A model generated the notes under the pieces. The model ran no database searches, had not been told where the DNA came from, and worked only from the letters and a program-made list of their open reading frames with translations. A DNA stretch of 64,000 nt from Octopus vulgaris (taxonomy: Eukaryota). A program made the position numbers and the translations under genes. The stretch spans positions 59,024,001 through 59,088,000 of the forward strand of contig OX597816.1 in assembly GCA_951406725.2 (NCBI GenBank), written 5' to 3'. Of the stretch, positions 54,430 to 64,000 are shown in pieces (position 1 is the first letter of the stretch; each line of letters starts with the position of its first letter).

Positions 54430-54740
54430 GTTCCATGCTTAGAGTTGGCTTCAAAGTCAAACTTGCTATCCTCAATTCAGTTTTCAAAGCTATCCTTATC
54501 TATGGGTGTGAATATTGGATAATGATTGAAAGAGAATAATCATAAATATATGCAGTTGAAATGGGAGTACTCAGAAGGATCTCTGGAGTAACATTACTTG
54601 ACAGAGTGCACACTCAATGATCAGGGGCTCTCTCCAAGTTGAGAGGAATTTCACCACATTGAGAGGTCACAACTCCGGTACTATGGAAATGTGATTAGAA
54701 TGTCACAGGAAAGACTTGCAAGGCAGATTCTTCAATCGCC
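54430..54740 (+). mobile_element. Decayed RTE LINE C-terminal fragment
   Basis: KVKLAILNSVFKAILIYGCEYW...AVEMGVLRRISGVTLLDRV...QLRYYGNVIRM. Confidence 0.7.
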
Positions 54741-57700
54741 ATAACCTTTCCAAGAATAGTGGGCTAAGAAGATAAACTAAGGAATGGATTCTAGTGACAT
54801 AACATACTCAAATTACTGCTATTAAGTACTGGAATGCACTATCAGAGAATTTTAGATGCTTCAAAAATTATATCTTTTGTTGAAAAAAAAATTAATTTTA
54901 TGAGTAGGAATATTTTTCAAAAAGTTTCAGTTGTTTACACCTCATGCATGTTTTTGTTAAGATGGCGCCAATTATGTTTTTTTTTTTTTTATTATTTACA
55001 GGAAAATGATGCTTCAAACATCTTCAACGAATGTCATAGATTCAGTTGAATTTTCTAGTTAAAATTATTATTTTTATGTTCTATAGTCATTGAGAAGCCA
55101 CAGATGTAATTTTTTTGTTGATCTCCAACAGTAACCAAAGTAATAGCAGCAACAGAAATATTAAAACAGCCATAAAATATTGAAGTAGTTAAATAAAAGA
55201 ATGGTTTGTGTGTATATGCCAATCTATTTGAGATGTATGGAGAACTGTCATTTCCTTTTTACAATTGTATAATTTCTGTTATAGGCAATTGTGGAGACAT
55301 GAGCTTCTTTCAAATCCAGTGGAAAGAGCTCATCATAGTGGAAGTGCTTCTGTACTTAAATATATATATACTGATTTCTTAACTGAAGGATTTATTTAAT
55401 GAGCAAAAAGTAAATAAATAAATAAACAAAATAGAATTAAAGCCAACATTATGGATGATTAGGCAGGAAGACATAAACAAATTCTGACATTTTATAGAAA
55501 AGAAATTGCTTTAATTTTCTGGTTGACTAGTTTCAATATCGACGTGAGACAGAAGATAAATGAAAACCAGGAAATGACAGAAAGGTTGAGATAATTAGAA
55601 ATGTCTAAAGAATAACATTGGTTGTGACAGATATTAGCACAGAGGCATTTGGATTTATAAATTTTATGTGCATTTATGGCTTCTAAAAGAAATTCATAGT
55701 CAGATATTCTTCAGATAAATTTCCATACATCATAATGAATTCTAAGATATAAAACAAAAACATCTGTATCCCCTTAGAAGTATTTTGGTAATGTCAAAAT
55801 TTCAGAAGTTCATTAATGGTGCCAGGTACTGTAAAGTATAATTTTACATTAAAAATATAGCTAAAATATAATTTAACTGAATTAAGGATGATAGTTTTAT
55901 TGATATATCTTGATCAAATCAATTGATGATCCAGAACAGTCTTGGGTAAACTGCAGCCTGTGGGATATTCTAAATAGCATGCCTAAACAAAAAAAAAAAC
56001 TGTCTTGAATTTTTTTAGTAGTGTTGCTCTGATGATGAGCCATGTTTCATGCATCACACTTCTTAGAAAATATTATTCATTCCTGCTCAAGAGGATTGGT
56101 TTCAAATTTTGGCATAAGGCCAGCAAATTTGTGAGACAGGGGTAAGTCAATTACATTGATCCCAGTGTTCAACTGATACTGATTTTATCGAGCCCCGAAA
56201 AGCTGAAAGGTAAAGTTGACCTTGGTAAGATTTGAACTCAAAACATAAAGTCAGTAGAAATGCAGCTAAGTATTTTGTCTAATTCAAATTTTGGCACAAG
56301 GCCAGCAAGTTCAAGGGAAGAGGAAAGTCGATTACATCCACCCCAGTGTTCGACTGGTACTTATTTTATTGATCCCAAAAGGGTGAAAGCAAAGTCTGCC
56401 TCAGTATATTCTGAGAATTTGAACTCAGACTATAAAGACAGACAAAATGCCACTAAGCATTTCACCCAGCATGCTAAAGATCCTGCCTGCTCTACAATAT
56501 TAACAGCATTTTCAGATTCAACTTGTAATCCACAAACTTTTATAAAAATGAATAAGCACTATTTATTTTGATGACAATGTATAACGCATTTGTCGTCATC
56601 AGTTTCATATGAAGTTTAGATATAAATATTTTGTCTTAGAGGTGAAAATTGCTGTAATTAATTTCCTACAATGCCCATTAATTTATTTGTTTCTTCAGAT
56701 AATAACATTGAAATAATAAAATCACCAGAAATATGAGTTCCCTATAAAACAGATTTTAGCTGTTAGCTAAACGTAATTATTATAGATAATCAATTAAAAC
56801 AATAGCCATTTTCTTGTGTCAAGTCATTCAAATACATTTATTTTTACCTGGAGAAATGAGGAAGATTCAGAACACTGGAATCACCTTTGTCTTTTTTTCT
56901 CTCTCTATTCCCACTCTACTCCTGCTTTGACTCCACCTACAGAAAGTAGAACATGTCATTATAATTATCAACTCTATCTACCTCCACACAACCTACTCTC
57001 AACCTCCACTCCAACTCAACTCTAACTACACCTTCTTTCTCTACTTTCACTCTCCCACCACTCCATTTCCACTCAACCTCCACTCTACTGCTTCTCTACC
57101 TCCAATCAACCACCACTATGTCTCCATTCTACTTCTATTCACTCTCCAGTCATCTTCCACGTAAGCAAAACAATCTACCGTAGCACCTTTCTCTACAAAT
57201 GTAATCTTGTGGCTGATAAAAAGTAATCATATTTACCAAGGTATATTAACTCTATAAACACAAATGATTAAGAGAAAAAGTTACAAAACATTTAATTTGA
57301 ACATAAAAACATTTAAAATCTTTTGATCAAGTGATCGGTTGTAGCTCTAGTTTATTATCTGCTCTTCATCCCTGGAAAATGCTCTTCCAGTTCACAAAAC
57401 AGTAGCCTCAAATTTTAACATTTTAACAGTTTAAAACAAGTTCAGTGATAAATTTTAAAAGTTTAACATAAGCACAACACTTTAACAATCACCTCTTTAA
57501 CAATCAGCACTCCTTTAACAATCAGATTACTCTGTAATGTTTATTCATTTGCACTGTTTTGAATTAATCATGCTTTATTTTAGAGTTTCAAGATTTTGAT
57601 GATGTGACTGTTTATCTTTAGAATGACCGTGTAGGTCAGTATGAGTGGCTAGATCTGGTTAGTATAAACATAAAACAGGTAGAATATTTGAGCTGAATAC

Positions 57701-58304
57701 AACCAGTTTAAAAGTTAAAGGGTCATATGATAAGTCAAGACAAATAATGAACAATGTGGTCACTCAGTGTGCTAAAAATAGCCTTCAGATTCCCTTAAAA
57801 ACATTCAACTGTAAAAATTTTTAAATGGATATATTGGACAATGTAATCCAACATATATCTGAAAAATAAGTATAGTCTTTGCTGATGTAACTTTGATCCT
57901 AACTCTGCTTGATCAGAGTGCCTTTGAGGCAGACATCAATAACAGCATCAATGACTGATAATGTAAATGAAGAATATGTCATTCACAAACAGAACTAGAT
58001 TCAATACTTCCTATAAGCTAATATAGTTTTAGGTGGGTACTAGCCTGATATGCATCAAAATTCCATTAAATTATTTAATAGTACTATTACTAGTAGTAGT
58101 CTTATTAAAACATGCTGCATAAGTTGCCTGGAGTTATGGCAACAGCAATCAAATTATTAACCTTTTTGATAACAATTTGCCCAAGCCTGTTCATGGTTTT
58201 ATGATATTAAATTCCAGTTTAAAAGTGATTAAATTAAAATCTTCTATCAACATTTCTTGTTATTTCATGTTCCCAAACCAGCTTAATAATTTTACTAAAT
58301 TCCT

Positions 58305-60055
58305 TGCCCTTCCTCTTCCGATCAGCTCCCGAGTTCCTGTCAGCTCCCCAGCTGCTGATGTCATCCCACACGCCACCCTGATCTTAAAGATCACATCTCC
58401 TCTACACCACGTTAAAGTCCACCATCCAACCGGGCGGGCGCCTTGCGCATTGAGATCTCCTCAAGCTAGGCACCTCGTTCTCCTCCTCTCCACAATTGTC
58501 ATCCAATGAAGAGACAATCCTGCGAAGGTCCAAGACATATCGCAGCATCCCATCCACGGAGACGTTGTTTCTGGAATTGACCGACGTCACCGTTCCTCTG
58601 CTCCATTGAGACATACAGCGCGCCTTTGGTGGCTTAACCCAGACTTCCTCCCCTATTTTCACATGCGTAACATCTCAACACAAACGTCCATCACCTCGTC
58701 TCCCATGTACCATGATATATGCTCGTTCAGCTCTTTACAGTCCAGCACCGGTCTGACTTTTCCCTTCGTCGGCTGCACCACCGCCACCAGATGTAGCACT
58801 CCACTCACCACCTCCTCCTTCCATGGGACAAGGACTCCTTCTTTGATCCATCTCTCTACCTCGTCTTCGAACTTGATCCTGGTGTGACCTTTCAAGGTAC
58901 ACTGGTAGCAGCACACCCTGTTCTTCAGCATCAGGGGCTTGTCTTTCCATCGCCACTCTATCATCCGCCACTGACCACTGAACGCTGCCTGAAAATCCTT
59001 GTCCTCAATGGTGTAAGCGGCGCAGTCCCTCGTGGAGCTCTGCTCTCTCTGGCGATCCTGACTCACAGCGCACGACACACTCACACTTCTGAACGTGACC
59101 TCATCTCCTGCAATACTGACACCACCGAGGCGGTTGATAGCATTCATCTCCATCACCACATCAACCCCGTCTATCACGCATTTGAACACAATTACCTGCA
59201 GCCTTAGCGTCGCACCTCACACTGCTATCTCTACATTGCTGCCGGCCTTACATCGGATTTCACTGCCGTCGACCTCCCAGACGCTACTTGCCTCACTCCA
59301 TTTCTTTGACACCCATGGAGTCATGAGGGTGGTCGTGCAACCTGTATCCACGAGGGCCTTGAACATTCCCTTGGCCTCGACATCAATTATGGGCAGTGTC
59401 TCCAAAAGCGCCTCTACTCGTTTGCGGGGAAAGTTTGAGAGGCAGCAACTTCCCCACAGTCGTTTCCCTGGTCACAATCACGGGCGATGTACCTTGTCTG
59501 TCTGCATCGATAGCAGACGGGCCCCAGTTGTGTACACTCCCTTGACATGTGCGACCCCTGACATTTAAAACACCGGCCTGAGAACGGCTGCTGTCATTAC
59601 ACGGTAGGCTTCTTCACGTCTTTCTCCGGCCATTGTCCGTCTTTATGCGCCTCCGTTACCACCATCACTGTCGTCTTCCATCCAGTCTTTCACGTCATCA
59701 CACGAGCTTGAGCCACAAGTTCACTCAGCTGCCATCGTGGTGACGTCTTATGTGGAGTGCCGAAATAGCTCATGGTGAATGTGGGAGATTAAAAGTAAGA
59801 CACCTACCTTCTCTTCATCAACACAGACCTCTCCGATGGTAACAAACTCTTCCACGTGGCCCAAACCGAAACACTAAAAATAGCAGCTGCTGTCCCTCAC
59901 ATTGTCGCAGCGCTCACACATCCAGCAACTCTCGGCTACTCCAATCGAAACGGCCCAATCATCTCATGCCGGTGCGCGCGTCACCTATGTGCCCTTCCTC
60001 TTCGGGTCAGTTCCCAAGTTCCGGTCAGCTCCCCAGCTGCTGACATCATCCCACA
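58305..60055 (-). mobile_element. Internally deleted Gypsy-type LTR element
   Basis: 5' LTR 59780-60055 with TGTGGGA...TCCCACA termini and a partial LTR copy at 58305-58370; gag CCHC knuckle CFKCQGSHMSREC, protease ALVDTG, RT start (EVERWIKEGVL...KVRPVLD) joined directly to an integrase C-terminal GEEVWVKPP region. Confidence 0.85.
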
Positions 60056-60372
60056 ATTGAAACAAAACAATGTACTTTATGAGAAAAATGGTAATAGGAG
60101 GGTCAAGCATTTTAGCATTTAATTTTAATCCCTTTGTCATCAATCCACCCGAGGCCATCCCTGGTTCTAGAGCACAAGTATCCTGTTTCGAAGTGATATA
60201 AATTCCATTAAAATTTCATGTTAATTTAAGTTCCAAGCACCAGCTTAATAATGACAAAATTACTGTGCTAAATTCTTAATTATTTTAAAAATTAATTGAA
60301 GCAAAAGTTGGATATTTCAGCAGAAATATGGTAATGAAAAAGTTAAATGTTATCTTCATTTTACTCTAACAG

Positions 60373-60463
60373 GAAGAATTAGAATCGGTTCGGAAAAAGC
60401 AGAAAAAGGACGATGGCAAATCACTTGAAAGTGTATCCCAAAAGACGGATGATGATTTAATGG
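60373..60463 (+). CDS. HVCN1: Probable Hv channel exon: coiled-coil end and C-terminal tail; the gene continues downstream
   Basis: Pyrimidine-rich acceptor ttttactctaacag|, phase 0; donor G|gtaagt. Reads EELESVRKKQKKDDGKSLESVSQKTDDDLM, continuing the coiled coil. Homology is weaker than in the TM exons. Confidence 0.72.
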
Positions 60464-60584
60464 GTAAGTTTCAATATAAACTATATTTTTTTTCCGAGTA
60501 TATATTATCTTTTCAGAATTCGACTAAGCTCCTTAAAACTGTTGATAGCAGAATCTATCTAAATTCATAGATGAGAATGACATG

Positions 60585-61045
60585 TATAGTGATGTCAATT
60601 AAGTGACACCCTATTATTTAATAAGTATGAGTGAAAGAGGGGTCACCATCTTGTATGTAATGACAAGAAAAGAATTTGTGAGACGGTTGTAATAAGTCAT
60701 AACATGTTTATTACCGGAGGTAATGCGTTAACATAAAAGGTTAATTGAAGGAAAACTTGTAACATCAAATGATCATATTCTTTTGCAACCACATGTCTCC
60801 AAGCAAATGAGGCGAACATACGCGTGTGCAGGTGTGTATGTGAGTGAACCGACTCAATGCATATCGAAGAATCAACAGGCAACGAATGGCGCAAATTTAG
60901 AAATATGTTCCTTAATATAAGGGATGAACCGGAAGTCCCTGACTTCGACGTCAACTGAAAACTTCCAGAATGTTCGAGGGAGATTACTCTCGTTAAATCC
61001 CCTTTTTCATTTTGCTTTCCTGCTTGACCGCCAGGGTTCACTACA
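60585..61045 (-). mobile_element. Probable 3' LTR of the Gypsy element
   Basis: On the - strand the polypurine tract gaggagggggtta directly precedes TGTAGTGA (61045 downward). The distal end is either ~60585 (tatagtga on +) or 60652. Confidence 0.6.
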
Positions 61046-61329
61046 TAACCCCCTCCTCAGACGAGCAGTCGATAAGCAAAATCATTGTAGTGATCCAGGG
61101 CAGCTACAAAGCAAAACAAGTAGTAAAATAGAAAACATCAATACATGCATCACGATAGATACTGTTTGGTGCAGTAAACCTTTAGCTACACAGCTATGCA
61201 CATCAAACTAAATGCAAAACAAAGCAAAATGAAAATACAATGTGAAACATGCATGGGGAAAATGTTTGTGAATAAACGTTCTTTGTAAAAGAAATAGCAA
61301 ACAGCTTGTTTTATAACACAAAGCTAAAT

Positions 61330-64000
61330 ATACATAGTTCTGGATAATTCTTGTGGCCAATGTACTGTTCTGCCACTTTTTGCGATATAAGGTTTATAGG
61401 TATGTTGTGTTTGAGGTGCATGTGGTGTTGTTGAAGTAAGAACGAAATCTGTTGACGTATGATGGTGTATCAGAATCTGGTGCATCAACTGGTTTGAACA
61501 TTTGACCGGGAAGTGTCAAAGTGATGCCGTGAAGAAGTTCGGCTGAGGAGAAACCTAAATTTGTCTTAACAGCGGAATGGCAACGAAGAACAATTGGTAG
61601 GAATTCTGTCCAACGTTGCAGATCAGGAGTATGTGTAATGCAGCTTTTAACTGTCTGTGGAATCGTTCTATCATTCCTTTGGAAGTTGGGTGATAACTTG
61701 TCGTATGAATTCGAGGAGCACCCAACAGTCATGATATTTCACGGAATAAAGAAGCTTCGAACTGGTGTCCCCTATCAGTGGCTATTTTAGATGGGACACC
61801 AAAGCACGCTACCCAATTGGAAATGAACGCTTGTGGGATGGATTCGGCTGTGATATCAACGTCAATCAGAGGTATGGCTCCAGGCCATCAAGAGAAACGA
61901 TCGATGCAAGTCAAGATGTATCTGAAACCATGACTAACGGGCCAGGGTCCAACAATGTTGATGTGGACATAACAGAAACAAGCGTCCAGTGGGCTGAATT
62001 TTCCGAGAGGAGCACGAATATGTCGATGGACTTTGTTGCGTTGAAACTGCAAAGAAGAATGTGTCCTACTGGCGATTATATGGTGCATGTTAGGCCAGAA
62101 GAAACAGGCTGTAGTGAGCTTTACTGTGACGGCTATGCCGGGATGCGACAAGGAATGAAGAGCATCGAAAACGGTATGCTGATGACGATGTGGAACAAGC
62201 GGTATAGGTGAGCCGGTAGAGGTGTCACAAATGATCCGCCCTTCAGCAGATGGAATGGGTAAGTATTCAAATCTGCAACAGGAATGTGGTTGGAAGAAGT
62301 GTCCAAAGAGTCCAAAGGAGGTTGGTCTGTGGCGATAGCAACCAAATCGATGTGTGCAGGAGACAAAAGTGAACACACAGGAAATCTGGATAATGTATCA
62401 GTAGGTATGTTTGTAGATCTGGCTATATGACGAATGTCACTGGTATATTGCGAGATGAAATTCAAGAGTCTGTATGTCCTTGATGAGTATTTATCGGACT
62501 TGGATTGAAGAGTGAATGTAAGAGGTTTATGATCTGTGAATACCATGAACTCCTGGCCTTCTAGGAGATGGCGGAAGAGTCTCACAGCAAGATAAAATGC
62601 TAAGAGCTCTCTGTCAAAAGTATTGTAACGCTGTTCTGCTGGCTTGAGTTGACATGAGAAAAAGGCAAGTGGTTGAGATTTCTGGTTGATGATCTGTTCT
62701 AGAATGGCGCCAACAGTGATCGTAGACGTGTCTACAGTTAAGGATAGTTTCACGTTTGCAGTAGGATGAGTAAGAAAAGAAACTTTAGCTAATTCAGACT
62801 TTACGGAGTCGAAAGTTTGCAAGGCGTCAACCAAAAGGGAAATAGATGCGTCTTTCTTCTTTGTGGATTTCAAAAGTTGTGTCAGGGGGAACAACTTGTC
62901 CGCGCAGTTTGGGATGAAAGTTCTGTAAAAATTTATTAACCCCAAAAAGTGACGTACTTGTCTCAATGAAGTAGGGGATGCGATTTTCTGAATAGCATCC
63001 ACTTTAGATGGGAGGGGTCGAATTCCCTCTGTGTCTATAAGATGTCCAAAGAATTCCAATGAAGTTGTACCGAATACACATTTAGCTGGATTGATCTTTA
63101 CATGATACACTCACAGACGTTGAAACAACTGAGGTAGATGTTGATGATGATGTTCATCTGTGTCGCTGGCTACTAGGAGGTCATCTACATAAGCAAAAAC
63201 AAAATTCAGTCCGCGTACAACTTCGTCGATGAAATACTGGATTGTACTGGCAATATTTCTCAGACCAAAAGGCATAGATAGGAATTCGAATGAACCAATG
63301 GTTACGGCAGTTTTAGGTATATTTTCTGGGTACATCTGGATTTGGTGGTACGCACGTACCAGATCCACTTTGGAAAATATAGTGCAACCATGGAAGTACA
63401 TAAGAGAAGTCCTTTAAGTTGGGTAGGGAAATGTCCTGTAATCACCAACGGTCTAAAATACGCTCTACCCTTCTGAGCTAAGTGTAGCGGAGATGCCCAT
63501 GAGCTAGTAGAAGGACGTATAAGGCCAGGCTTGAACATGTGATCGAATTCAGCGCAAACTTTCTTGAGTCTGTCTGGCGCTAGTCTACGTGGACGAGAGA
63601 AAATGGGTGGACCAGTTATTGTAATAAAATGTTGAGTCGAGTGGACTGTCTGGGTAGGCTTAAATGATAGATCCGTTAACTCGGGAAATGAAGCAAGCAG
63701 AGTATGGAACTGGTTATTGGCAGCAACTACAAAAAAATGATGGGACGAGGATAGCAGTGGTAGATTCACATGCAGACGTAGATAAAGATGTGATAGTATC
63801 CACAAGTTTCTGTTTCCTGACATCTACCAGGAGTGAATAGCGGTATAAGAAGTCCACCCCAAGGATAAGATGCGGCAGGTCAGTGATGACAAAAATCCAT
63901 TTAAAATCTCGACGCAAGGCAAGGTCTAGAATTAAATATATCTGACTATAGATTTTGACGGGAGACTGGTTCACTGCATATAAGGAAATACTGGATAACT
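61330..64000 (-). mobile_element. Gypsy/Ty3 LTR retrotransposon pol (protease-RT-RNase H-integrase), disrupted; continues beyond the window
   Basis: Successive ORFs: ILGVDFL (protease), [19 protein letters not shown]...MPFGLRN...FAYVDD (RT), RNase H LTVDTS...DRELLA...FTDHKPL, integrase Zn finger HSLSHPG and core VHINIVGP...LTCIDRFS; several frameshifts and stops. Confidence 0.92.

Overview
AT-rich, repeat-dense animal genomic DNA. The SINE/LINE repertoire and microsatellite load suggest a coleoid cephalopod, probably Octopus (inference). The window holds six coding exons of a + strand voltage-gated proton channel gene (Hv/HVCN1 family) at 29869-29993, 34047-34459, 35550-35603, 44098-44236, 48842-48957 and 60373-60463. 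All have GT-AG boundaries with matching phases and splice into ~312 aa with the S1 selectivity Asp, the S4 RxWRxxR signature and a C-terminal coiled coil. The S1-S2 extracellular loop carries a ~113-aa His/acid-rich insertion. The N-terminal exon(s) were not located and the gene runs off the right end. The rest is transposon-derived: an intact RTE-type LINE (APE + RT + PHD-like finger), a Tigger transposase, a Tc1/mariner remnant, two Gypsy elements, Dong/R4 and CR1 remnants, hAT and piggyBac-type MITEs, many SINEs and Penelope-like fragments. Eight minimal type-I hammerhead-ribozyme motifs of the Penelope-associated kind were found by eye; four sit as outward-facing pairs on the arms of long foldback palindromes. 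Most short ORFs in the track are microsatellite or SINE noise. Repeat coordinates are approximate unless a TSD or terminus is quoted.
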